IMG/VR virus record: IMGVR_UViG_3300035671_000001 | Coordinates: 1 to 64,000 of that record | Reading direction: 5' to 3' (one strand) | From: a virus | DNA length: 64,000 nt | Shown here: piece after piece, positions 18,696-28,576 of the stretch | Numbering within the stretch: position 1 is the stretch's first letter | How the letters are laid out: every line of letters starts with the position of its first letter | Position numbers and translations under genes: made by a program | Notes under the pieces: model-generated | Seen by the model: the letters and a program-made list of their open reading frames with translations, nothing else | Databases searched by the model: none | What the model was told of the DNA's origin: nothing

Positions 18696-19424
18696 ATGAG
18701 TTTACATCAACAGATCGCCGAGAAGGGGCACAACATTATGCCGTCGCGTGCTGTCTTCGCTAAGCGCATCAAGGAGCTGATGCACGACTGGACGGAGAAC
18801 ACATTGGCGCTGGCGGCTGAGCTGAGCATGGCGGCGGAGACTTTCCCGCCCAATCCCAAGCGGCCAGATAGTCGGCCGGGTTTCGCTTTCTGGGCGCGAC
18901 AGCAGACTGGCCTCTCTACCGGCCAGATCATTTCTCTACTGCGAGTGCACAAGAAGCTTGCCCATCGCAGTCATGGACGCATCAAAATGAGCCAGCAGGT
19001 TATGCGACTGCTGATTGCCAAAGAGGTGCCGGAATCGGCTCGACAGGAAGTGTTCGGTAGAGCCGAACGTGGTGAGCACATTGCTCCTCCGGAAGCCAAG
19101 AAGATCATTGCCAAGCACAAGCTGCCGACGCCGAAGGCAGCTAATCAGCTAGCGAAGGAAGAAGGCCGTCCCGTCTTTGCCAGCGATGGCAACATCTATT
19201 TCGGCACTGATCCAGCTAGAGCCAAGGAAGGGCAGGAGCGTCGGGCCATGGTGTTCGGCGTGCGCGACGCGCTCAACCATCTCGGCAACATCCACCTCAC
19301 CGGACGGGAGTTTCTCGACTACGCATTCCCCCATCAATTGTGGAGCGAGGACGAAGCCTCGGTGATTAAGAAGGCGTTGCGTTGGTTGACTGATCTCGAC
19401 CGCGCCTGGGACGCGCGTTCATGA
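18696..19424 (+). CDS. Hypothetical protein
   Basis: GGAGG RBS; operonic. Confidence 0.6.
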   Translation: MSLHQQIAEKGHNIMPSRAVFAKRIKELMHDWTENTLALAAELSMAAETFPPNPKRPDSRPGFAFWARQQTGLSTGQIISLLRVHKKLAHRSHGRIKMSQQVMRLLIAKEVPESARQEVFGRAERGEHIAPPEAKKIIAKHKLPTPKAANQLAKEEGRPVFASDGNIYFGTDPARAKEGQERRAMVFGVRDALNHLGNIHLTGREFLDYAFPHQLWSEDEASVIKKALRWLTDLDRAWDARS

Positions 19425-19921
19425 CAGCACCCCAATTATTGATCGACGCCGTGCATCACGTGCTCAGCATCAAAGCAAGAGAAGGTAAGACAACGAAGCA
19501 TGACGCGACTTTGATGGTACATGGCAAGATCGAGAAGGCCGGCGGCCCGACCAAGTTCGGAATCGGCGCTGCCGCATTGCGCATGGCGCTTCTGCACGTC
19601 ATTGAGACCGAGGTGGCGCGGCAACTGAAGCAGATGCTGACTGAGCATGAGTATCTTCACCGGCTGCCGGCAGGCACGCCGATGGAGATCATTGCAGCCC
19701 TCGGTAAGACACCGCGATGGATCGCGGTTAGTGAAGGCACGGACGCGCAGTGGGTGTTCGCGTTGATGGCCTCACCGGAGCAGTGGATGGCGAATGCCCA
19801 GCTCAAATATAAGAAGGCAGCACAGACCAAGGACAGGGCGCGAGAGAGCGAGGAAATTAGTTTATTCCTGAAGGCACACAGGTTCGCTTCGTTGGCTGAG
19901 GCGATGTCATTGGGGGTTTGA
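19421..19921 (+). CDS. Hypothetical protein
   Basis: ATGA coupling. Confidence 0.6.
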   Translation: MTAPQLLIDAVHHVLSIKAREGKTTKHDATLMVHGKIEKAGGPTKFGIGAAALRMALLHVIETEVARQLKQMLTEHEYLHRLPAGTPMEIIAALGKTPRWIAVSEGTDAQWVFALMASPEQWMANAQLKYKKAAQTKDRARESEEISLFLKAHRFASLAEAMSLGV

Positions 19922-20419
19922 ATGGCGCACATGTTTCGCGTGGACTACATTACCAATCACGTCTCCGGCTTGGTGGAGACTGGCAAGGTTATCGTCGTGG
20001 CTGAGAGTCACGAGCAGGCGCATGATGTCGTCACCACGCAATTGAATCTGCCGCCCTCGCGGACGCGCTGCGAGAGTTCGAAGATCAAGCCGCCGTGCTT
20101 TGTAGCAGAGACGAGCCAGTATTATCCGCAGGCCAAAGTCTCGGTGCGCTCGCAGCGTGACGCACCGCTGGCGCCGACGCATCGCTTCCACATCACAGTG
20201 GACGCCAACACCCATGGCCAGTCGGAGCAACAGGTCCTGCGCAAGATCGGCGAGGAGCTGCAAGCACGCGGAGCGCAGACTAAGCTGCGGCACAACATCC
20301 CGATGTCGATCGCGTGTGAGACTATCAGCCCGTCGTCGAGTCCGCCGAGCGGGCTGGAGAAGATCGAGATGTACGGTGCGCGTGGCAAGGTGCAGGGCGG
20401 GCAAGTGCGAGGCAAGTGA
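19922..20419 (+). CDS. Hypothetical protein
   Basis: Abuts the previous stop codon. Confidence 0.55.
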   Translation: MAHMFRVDYITNHVSGLVETGKVIVVAESHEQAHDVVTTQLNLPPSRTRCESSKIKPPCFVAETSQYYPQAKVSVRSQRDAPLAPTHRFHITVDANTHGQSEQQVLRKIGEELQARGAQTKLRHNIPMSIACETISPSSSPPSGLEKIEMYGARGKVQGGQVRGK

Positions 20420-20617
20420 TGCGGACAATACGAAAAAACTTGCCCGTGCCTCTCGTCAAGAATTCGCTGGAATCTCTCGGCCGAGCCAGCGATCCGCATT
20501 GCCACGAATGGCAACATGGCACGCACATCGACAGCTTGCCGAGAGAACAGCCGCAAGATTACTCGTCGCAAGATTACTCGCTCGATCGCTGGCGGCTGAA
20601 GGTGCGAGGAAAGTGAG

Positions 20618-21709
20618 ATGGCAAAACGTCCTACTCATAAGAAGTGTCGGCAGTGCGGCGAATGGTTCATGCTCGGTAAGTACGAGCGCCTCACGCGGAA
20701 GTTCTGCACTTATAGCTGCGCGTCCACACATCGCAACGCGCAGCCGAAGTGGAAAAAGCGTCAGAGTAAACTGATGAAAAAGTTGGCGACGCCGGAAGTC
20801 ATGCGCGAACGCTCGCTCAAGATGTGGCGTGATCCTGCCATGCGTGCTCACCTGTCGGAGAAATCACGACAGCAGGCCAACACCAAAGAGCATCACGCCT
20901 GGATGATAGAGCACAATAAGAAACTGTGGACGGCTCCAGAGTACGCCGAATTTCGACAGCAGCACAGTGAGCGCACTCGCAAGACGGCCAAGAAACAATG
21001 GGATGATCCGGCGTTTCGCGAGAAGATTAGTGCCTTGACGACCGAGGCGAATAAGAAGCGCTGGGCCGATCCGGAATACAAAAAGCGAGTCGGCTTCAAG
21101 ATCCGTATCGCATTCGCTCAGCCGTTGTCAAAAGCAAAGCGTTCAAAGAGTTCACGCAAACAGATGATGAGACCGGAGCAGCGAACGCGGATAAGTAAGC
21201 TATCGAAAGAGCTGTGGCAGAATCCGGAGTACCGCGCCCTCGTAACCGAAAGCAGCCGAGCTGCAGCAATCAGGAATTATCGCAATCCATTTTACCGAGT
21301 AAAGAAACTTGCGGCGTTACGAAAATGGGTGCAGTCGCCAGAAGGCCGCGCACAGATGTCCGAACTCAATAAGAAACGTTGGGAGGACCCGGAATATCGT
21401 GCGCGGCAAAAAGCTCTATGGACGCCAGAAAAGAGCGCCGCGCTAAGTGAACTGAATAGAAAACGATGGGCTGATCCCAAGTTCAAAAAGCGCGTGGCAA
21501 AGAAGATTAGTAAGGCGAGACTCGAGAACACCAAGACACTCAGTGAGCAGAGCGAGCGAAGCAAAAAGCAATGGGCCGATCCAGAATTTAAGGCGCGTGT
21601 GAGTAAAAAAATCAGTAAGGGAAAGCGAGCCAAAAAAAAAAACGAGAACACCATCCAAGTTGAGCGAGCCACCAGAACTGAGAGTACCCGAAAAGGCGAG
21701 CGAGCCTAG
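20618..21709 (+). CDS. Zn-finger plus W-x-D-P-E-[YF]-R repeat (NUMOD3-like) basic nucleic-acid-binding protein
   Basis: KCRQCG...KFCTYSCA; about 10 K[KR]xWxDPE[YF][RK]-like repeats; C-terminus reads into the TIGR array. Confidence 0.65.
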   Translation: MAKRPTHKKCRQCGEWFMLGKYERLTRKFCTYSCASTHRNAQPKWKKRQSKLMKKLATPEVMRERSLKMWRDPAMRAHLSEKSRQQANTKEHHAWMIEHNKKLWTAPEYAEFRQQHSERTRKTAKKQWDDPAFREKISALTTEANKKRWADPEYKKRVGFKIRIAFAQPLSKAKRSKSSRKQMMRPEQRTRISKLSKELWQNPEYRALVTESSRAAAIRNYRNPFYRVKKLAALRKWVQSPEGRAQMSELNKKRWEDPEYRARQKALWTPEKSAALSELNRKRWADPKFKKRVAKKISKARLENTKTLSEQSERSKKQWADPEFKARVSKKISKGKRAKKKNENTIQVERATRTESTRKGERA

Positions 21710-22066
21710 CAGACGGACAGCATCATAATAGACGAGCGAGCCAAGATTAGTGAGAGCACCACGTCCGACGAGCGAGCCACGAAAGTTGAGAGCACCAAAG
21801 TGGCAGAGCGTAGCCAGAGAAAGTGAGAGCACCATTTTGAGCGAGCGAGCCATGTCCTGTGAGAGTACCAGACAAGACGAGCGTTAAGCCACTTGAAGCG
21901 AGAGTACCAAAACGAGTGAGCGAGCCAAGCGCGAAGAGAGCACCATGCAAGTTGAGCGAGCCATGTCCCATGAGAGTACCAAAAATCAGGAGCGAGCCAA
22001 GCGAGCCGAGAGCACCAATAGTCAAGAGCGAGCCATAACTACAGTGAGTACCAGAACAGGAGAGCG
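21623..22066 (+). ncRNA. TIGR array upstream of tas, about 12 units
   Basis: 36-nt dual-repeat periodicity ending 3 nt before the tas ATG. Confidence 0.9.
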
Positions 22067-22069
22067 AAA

Positions 22070-22858
22070 ATGACAGACGTTGCAGCAGTCCAAGCCTTAA
22101 CGCGTGATCTACGAAACGCCGCCGCGACAATGACGCGAGACGAAGCGCGATTCCTCGTTGATGCGTATTACATCATTCAAGACGATCGGAAGCGATCGGC
22201 CAACCAAGTGCGTTCTATGAAGGAGGAGCCACACGCCGTCCTTCAGTGGTTCTTCGATCAGAACGTCACGCTTGAAGGACAAATCAAGCGCGCCCTCGAT
22301 TCGTATTCCGACGCCAGCAAGATCGGCCTTTGGATGAAAGGAGTTTACGGAATCGGCCCGGTGATCGCGGCCGGGCTGCTCGCGCATATTGAGATCGACG
22401 ACAGCACTCCAACCGTGGGTCACATCTGGCGCTTTGCCGGACTTGATCCGACGGTGAAGTGGGAGAAGGGCCAGAAGCGGCCGTGGAATACTCAGCTCAA
22501 GACGCTGTGCTGGCACATCGGGCAGAGCTTCATGAAATTCTCAGGCCGCGACGAATGCCGCTATGGTAAGTTCTACCTTGCCCGGAAAAAGTTTGAAGTC
22601 GAGCGCAACGACTCAGGCGAGAACGCTGAGCTGGCGAAGACGCTGTTGCCGAAGTTCAACAAGAGCACCGACGCATACAAACATCTGCTCGGTGGGAAGC
22701 TGCCGCCGGCACAGATCGATGGGCGTGCACGTCGGTGGGCGGTGAAGCTTTTTCTCTCCCACATGCATGCTCAGTGGTTTAGATTGGAATTGGGCAAGGA
22801 GCCCCCCAAGCCATACGCGATTACGCAGCTCGGACATGGACACATGATTGAGCCATAG
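22070..22858 (+). CDS. tasA: TasA-like Nop-domain RNA-guided DNA-binding protein (IS110/IS116 Tnp_20-related; no RuvC or HNH domain)
   Basis: Coiled coil followed by GIGPVIAAGLL ... IWRFAGLDP ... WN..LKTLCW.IGQSF ... Y..RK ... ARRWAVKLFL; lacks a DEDD RuvC domain and the IS110 catalytic SG loop; embedded in dual-spacer arrays. Confidence 0.85.
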   Translation: MTDVAAVQALTRDLRNAAATMTRDEARFLVDAYYIIQDDRKRSANQVRSMKEEPHAVLQWFFDQNVTLEGQIKRALDSYSDASKIGLWMKGVYGIGPVIAAGLLAHIEIDDSTPTVGHIWRFAGLDPTVKWEKGQKRPWNTQLKTLCWHIGQSFMKFSGRDECRYGKFYLARKKFEVERNDSGENAELAKTLLPKFNKSTDAYKHLLGGKLPPAQIDGRARRWAVKLFLSHMHAQWFRLELGKEPPKPYAITQLGHGHMIEP

Positions 22859-24779
22859 GGTTTGAGAGCACCATCGAAGTCGAGCGAGCCACACGGACAG
22901 AGAGCACCACGATCATGGAGCGAGCCACGGACCTAGAGAGCACCACATAGGCGGAGCGAGCCAGAACACTTGAGAGCATCACGCGTGAGGAGCGAGCCAG
23001 ACGAGACGAGAGCATCATCCTCGATGAGCGAGCCACTGCGGCTGACTGTACCTATAGGAACGAGCGAGCCATTCTACACGAGAGTACCAAGCGAGCCGAG
23101 CGTTTCAGCCATGTAGAACGACAGCATCAGAGCCGAAGAGCGAGCCATGGGAGATGAGAGCACCACGTTGACAAAGCAAGCCATGATCTTTGAGAGCACC
23201 AAGCGAGCCGAGCGTTAAGCCAAGGAGCAAGAGTGCACCACATTGTGCGAGCGAGCCAGAAAACGCGAGAGTACCAAGGCTAGAGAGCGAGCCAAACCGT
23301 AAGAGAGCACCACAAAAAGCGAGCGAGCCGAGGGAGCTGAGAGTACCATATATGAGGAGCGAGCCATAAAGCGCGAGAGCACCATCCTCGACGTGCGAGC
23401 CATGCTCACTGAGAGTACCAAAATGAGCGAGCGAGCCAGAGCCCAAGAGAGCACCATCTGCTCAGAGCGTAGCCAAATGAGCAGAGTCGTACCAACATAG
23501 GAGAGCGTAGCCAAGATCGACGAGCGTACCCTGTCGGAGGAGCGAGCCAAAGACGATGAGAGCACCATGGTGAATGAGCGTAGCCACAAGACAGGACAGC
23601 ATCATGCGATTTGAGCGAGCCACTTCCCAAGAGAGTACCAAGCGAGCCGTGCGAGCCATGGGTAGCGACAGCACCATATGAAGAGAGCGAGCCACCGTTG
23701 ATGAGAGCGCCATGCCAAGCGAGCGAGCCACAGAACTTGCGAGTACCATGTCGTAGGAGCGAGCCAGCGGTAACGAGAGTACCATGGCGACGGAGCGAGT
23801 CATCGCCGCAGAGAGCACCACACGAAGTAAGCGAGCCAATGCGCGTCGAGAGTACCAAATAAGATGAGCGAGCCATGCAGGACGAGAGCACCATCACGCC
23901 AGAGCGCAGCCACAGCCACAGAGAGCACCATCGCTTAAGAGCGAGCCTTACCAGACGAGAGTACCCTACGATCAGAGCGAGCCAAGTCACAGGAGAGCAC
24001 CAAGCAAGGAGAGCGAGCCAGGGCGAGAGAGAGCACCACTACGCGCGAGCGAGCCACGGCGATTGTGAGTACCACGAAAAATGAGCGAGCCTTGTAAGAG
24101 GAGTGCACCAAATCATATGAGCGAGCCTTCGGCCGGGTGAGTACCATTGAACATGAGCGAGCCGGAAAACGCGAGAGTACCAAAAAGCGTGAGCGAACCA
24201 ATGACGAAGAGAGTACCAAAAGGAATAAGTGAGCCAGGGTGTGAGAGAGTACCAAGCGGGCCGAGCGTAGCCATCGGCAGGGAGCGTGCCATATGATCAG
24301 AGCGCTAGCCACGTATGATGAGAGCACCAAGCGCAGTGAGCGAGCCAGTAGCCAAGGGAGCACCAAGTCGGCCGAGCGTTTCAGCCATGCTGATGGAGTT
24401 GCACCACATCAGACGAGCGAGCCTTCCCGCCGGAGAGTACCAAGCAAGCTGAGTGAGCCGTGAAGTCTGAGAGCACCATATCGGCGGAGCGAGCCACGCC
24501 GAACGACAGTACCAAACCCGCCGAGCGAGCCAACGCGATCGAGAGTACCAAGCTGACCGCGCGAGCCATCGACCGCGAGAGCACCATTGCGCATGAGCGA
24601 GCCACGTCGATCGAGAGGACCAAACCACAAGAGCGAGCCAACCAGCGCGAGAGCACCAGATCGCCGGAGCGAGCCATACCGTTTGAGAGCACCACAGAAG
24701 CTGAGCGAGCCTGCGCAGTAGAGAGCACCAACGCAAGAGAGTGAGCCACCCACGATGAGAGTACCACGCCCCGTGAGCG
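22850..24779 (+). ncRNA. Main TIGR array, about 53 units
   Basis: GAGCGAGCC-N9-GAGAG[CT]ACC-N9, period 36 nt, with occasional 1-4 nt insertions in the GAGCG/AGCC repeat. Confidence 0.95.
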
Positions 24780-24849
24780 TCCTCCGAGAATAGCGGGGAG
24801 AACGTAAGCAATCGGACTCGACTCTAACGGCCGAATCGTTTTCAAAGAG

Positions 24850-24886
24850 AAGGCCCGCTCGGGCGGCGAACCCCGGCGGGCCTTTA
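24850..24886 (+). terminator. Hairpin closing the main array transcript
   Basis: AAGGCCCGC...GCGGGCCTTT. Confidence 0.5.
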
Positions 24887-25573
24887 ACGCGAGCAACCTA
24901 TTATTCTAAGGCGGGTTGCTGCGCTCCTCGAACACCTGTGAGGCAGGTGCCGATGCACAATACCTACATTGCGATTCGGTTCCGCGCAAGATTTTGTGCA
25001 CAGGGTTATGCCCTGTCCACAAAGTGTTGTGTCTGATTTGCGACATTAACGGGCTGCTAGCGAAAGCTGGTGGCCCTTTTTGCGTTTGCTGGAGCCTCGA
25101 ACGTGCCGCACGTCGGTAGAGAGGCGGCCAGCGCCCGGACCATCTAGGGCGATCTGAGGGATGCTGAGGCCGGTCAACAGATGGGCGATGAGCCCTGAGC
25201 AATACGGTCGGAGGCGCCTGGACCCTAGAGTCGCCGGGAAGGAGGCCGGGAGGCGGTGGTCTGGTGTTCGAACGCCCACTGCCGCCTCCTCGGTCCACTG
25301 CCCTGTGAGGCGGTGCGGAGCCGGGTGTGAGCGCCCTCTCGGAGGGAGTGCTGGCCGCAGGGCGCCGATAGCAAAATCATGTGGCCATGGACCGTGGCGG
25401 AGTGACGACCGTCATAGGTGCCCGTAAGGGCGGGACAGTCGTCCCCAGCACCGGATGACTTCTCAGCTCATGGTAGCTGAGCCTCATCCGGGTGTTGGAG
25501 GACTCTAGAAGGATTCGTAGCCGAGCAGAAAGCTCTCTTAGAGAACACTCTCTCAAAGGAAATGGATGGATTG

Positions 25574-27211
25574 ATGAAGACACTCCGCACCGATCAGACT
25601 GAGGCGATCGAGAACCTACGCGGTGCCATGCGGGAGACGCGGCGAGTCGTGGTTTCAGGCCCGACGGGCATGGGCAAGACGGTGATCCTCGCCGACATCG
25701 TCAGCCGGGCGCGGGAGAAGGATAAGAAAACGCTAATCACGGTGCCGGCGATCTCGCTGGTCGATCAGACGGTGATTGCGCTAGCGGCGCAGGGCATCAT
25801 GGATGTTGGCGTGATCCAAGCTCAACACCCGATGACGGATTGGAGCAGGCCCGTCCAGGTGGCGTCCATTCAGACGCTGCAACACCGCTGGAAAGAACGG
25901 AAGATGCCGAGCGCTGATCTGGTGTTGGTGGACGAAGTGCATCGATGGTTCAAGATATTTCCCGAGTGGATGCTGAGCCCGGACTGGCTGAAGGTGCCGT
26001 TCATTGGCTTCTCCGCGACGCCGTGGACGAAAGGACTGGGCAGGCTTTACGAACAGATGATCACTGCCAACAACATCAAGGCGCTGATCGACGCCAAGGT
26101 GTTGGTGTCGTTCCGAACGTTCGCACCTGACATGCCCGATCTTACTGGCGTGCGATCGGCAATCGACACCACGGGCGTGACTGACTTCGTGGCTGCCGAT
26201 CTTGACGAGATCATGCGGCCGAAGAAGCTGGTGGCGAACATCGTCAAGACATGGCTAGAGCTGGCGCAGGATCGGCCGACAGTGTGTTTCTGCTGCTCAC
26301 GCGCACATGCTGATCAGCTCACCAAGGAGTTCAATGAGGCGACTGTAGGGGCGGCGTATCTTGATTGCGACACACCGCTGAGCGAGCGCAACGAAGTGCG
26401 ACGACGGATGCTTGCTGGCGATGTGCAGGTGGTTTGTAATGTTGATGTGATCGGGCTCGGTGTTGATTGGCCTGAGGTGAGCTGCATCGTGTATGCGCGG
26501 CCGACTATGAGCGATATCCGTTTTGTGCAGAACGTGGGACGCGGACTGCGTGCGGCGGGCGGTAAGGAAGACTTGCTGATCCTGGATCACTCAACGACGA
26601 CGGCTCGGCTCGGATTCGTTGACGAGATATACGGCTATCATCCGACGCTCGACGACGGCAAGACGAAGGTGCCAGTGCAGGCAGTGCTACTGCCGAAGGA
26701 ATGCCCAGCGTGTCATCTGATGAAACCGCCGCGCGTTGCGGTCTGTCCGCACTGTGGGCACAAGGTCGAGCAGCATGTCGAGGCGGTTGCGGTCGAGCGC
26801 GGCACGTTGCGTGAGATCAAGCCGGGTGAGGACATGGCGCTGTTGCGCAAGCAGTTGCCGGGCAAGGAGTACGTGTTCGGGCAGCTCGTCTGGTACGGGC
26901 GCAAGAAGGGCTACAATCAATGGTGGCCCAACATGAAGTTCAAGGACATCTACGGCGTGACGTTTCCTCGGTTGCAATACGAGGACAAGATCACCTCGCC
27001 ATGTCCGGAGTTGATGACTTATATTTTTGACTCGACGGAGAAGTGGAAGAGCAAACAGAATTACGCGCGACGCAAGGCGCAACGGAAGACGAACGGCAAT
27101 GGCCATGGCAACGGCCACGACAGCGGCGCGTTGAGCGAGCGTGAGCAGGCGATCATCGATCGGGCACGTGACACCTTGATGAAAGACGAGGACTGGGAGG
27201 AGATGCGCTGA
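25574..27211 (+). CDS. SF2 DEAD/DEAH-box helicase (RadD/YejH-like) with Zn finger
   Basis: GPTGMGKT, DEVH, SATP, QNVGRGLR, CPAC...CPHC. Confidence 0.9.
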   Translation: MKTLRTDQTEAIENLRGAMRETRRVVVSGPTGMGKTVILADIVSRAREKDKKTLITVPAISLVDQTVIALAAQGIMDVGVIQAQHPMTDWSRPVQVASIQTLQHRWKERKMPSADLVLVDEVHRWFKIFPEWMLSPDWLKVPFIGFSATPWTKGLGRLYEQMITANNIKALIDAKVLVSFRTFAPDMPDLTGVRSAIDTTGVTDFVAADLDEIMRPKKLVANIVKTWLELAQDRPTVCFCCSRAHADQLTKEFNEATVGAAYLDCDTPLSERNEVRRRMLAGDVQVVCNVDVIGLGVDWPEVSCIVYARPTMSDIRFVQNVGRGLRAAGGKEDLLILDHSTTTARLGFVDEIYGYHPTLDDGKTKVPVQAVLLPKECPACHLMKPPRVAVCPHCGHKVEQHVEAVAVERGTLREIKPGEDMALLRKQLPGKEYVFGQLVWYGRKKGYNQWWPNMKFKDIYGVTFPRLQYEDKITSPCPELMTYIFDSTEKWKSKQNYARRKAQRKTNGNGHGNGHDSGALSEREQAIIDRARDTLMKDEDWEEMR

Positions 27212-27858
27212 TGTCCCAAAAGAAGCTCACGTGCGACATCTGTGGGAAGCTCTATGAGACGCTTGGCAGCTATGGGAATCATACTGATGACGAATGGTGG
27301 ATGTGTCTGAAATGCTTTGGGAAGGCGGATGAGTTGGCCGCAAAGGAGGACAGGTGGCCTGATGCGCGCGACTTTAAGACGGTGAAGGAGGAGATGCGCT
27401 GATGATGGGTGACTTCGACATCAAATGGATTGATCGCAAGCACGAACCGCAGTGCGCGCCGAATCCGGCCTATCCTCTCGGCATTGACATCGATCTATCC
27501 CAAGGCGCGACGAAGGCGTGCAAGTCGGAGTTGCCCTATCCGGCGAAGCGGATCGGATTTTATATGGTCAAGTGCAATATCTGCGGTCTCACGACGGTGA
27601 TTACCACGGCTGGGCGGAGTGACGATCCGCGCAGCATTACCTTGGCTTGCGGGGAGAAGACGCAATGAGTGACGAACCTGAATTTCATCTCGACTTCTCA
27701 GAGCAAGATCCTGAACTTCCCGAGGTTCATCCCGACGAGTGCCCGGATTGCAAAGTGCCTGCCGAGGTGGCCTACGGCATGGCGGGAGGCGGCATCGGCG
27801 CATATTCCTATTGTCCGCAATGCTACAAAATCCTCGCGAAGACACAGGACGAACAGTG

Positions 27859-28131
27859 ATGGCAGAGCGATTAGGTGATGCACCAATTGAGCCGGCCTAC
27901 ATCAAACAGATGAAAGCCATAGCGAGCGTTATCGACGAGACGTTCAACGGAGGGGCGAAAGGCAAGGATCGCAAGACGGGGTTCGTGCTGATGGTGTTTC
28001 CGTTCAACGAAGTAACCGAAGGCGGCCGCGCCAACTACATCAGCAACGCTGATCGCAAGGACATCGTGGTGATGTTGAAGGAGCAGCTCAAGCGCTTCGA
28101 AGGCCAACCCGATGTGACGGGGCACGCATGA
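27859..28131 (+). CDS. Hypothetical phage protein
   Basis: GFVLMVFPF...NYISNA.R.D motif. Confidence 0.55.
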   Translation: MAERLGDAPIEPAYIKQMKAIASVIDETFNGGAKGKDRKTGFVLMVFPFNEVTEGGRANYISNADRKDIVVMLKEQLKRFEGQPDVTGHA

Positions 28132-28297
28132 GCTTTACCGCTGAGGAGAAATACATCGAAGCCATGCGCGAGGTGAAGATGCGCAGGACGGTTTACGCGC
28201 GCACCGGCATTGATCCAAGCGAGGCCAAGCGCAGGATTGCGATAATGGAGGCCATCGCCGAAGATTATGAAAAGCTGGCGGAATCCGAGCGGCTGCT

Positions 28298-28576
28298 ATG
28301 ACTGTCCACACATTGAAATCGTGGCCCGAATTTTTTGAGCCTGTGTTGTCGGGCCAGAAGCAATTCGAGCTTCGGAAAAATGATCGCGACTTTCAAGTTG
28401 GTGATCATGTGGTGTTGCGCGAGTGGGAGCCGAATGGGGATCGCTACACCGGGCGCGAGATCAACAAGCGGGTGACGTATGTGCTGCGCGGCCTTGGCAG
28501 TGTCGGCACCATCGCGCCCTATAAGGGACTCTCGATGGGGTACGCCATCCTCGGGCTCGCGGATACTGACTGGTGA
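28298..28576 (+). CDS. DUF3850/ASCH (PUA-like) domain protein
   Basis: H.LKSWPEFF..V.SG.K.FELRKNDRDFQVGD...LREW. Confidence 0.85.
   Translation: MTVHTLKSWPEFFEPVLSGQKQFELRKNDRDFQVGDHVVLREWEPNGDRYTGREINKRVTYVLRGLGSVGTIAPYKGLSMGYAILGLADTDW

Noticed and set aside
22070-22858. IS110/IS116 transposase (insertion sequence)
   Set aside because: Lacks the N-terminal DEDD RuvC domain and catalytic serine loop; the context is guide arrays, not IS ends
22850-24779. CRISPR array
   Set aside because: Two alternating 9-nt repeats with 9-nt spacers rather than one 23-47-nt repeat with about 30-nt spacers; no cas genes
22613-24896. Many ORFs with ARSxxxVLS or ESTxxxERA repeats (also at 6217-6471, 12394-12965, 16808-17248, 21443-22130)
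   Set aside because: Translation shadows of the 36-nt (12-codon) array period
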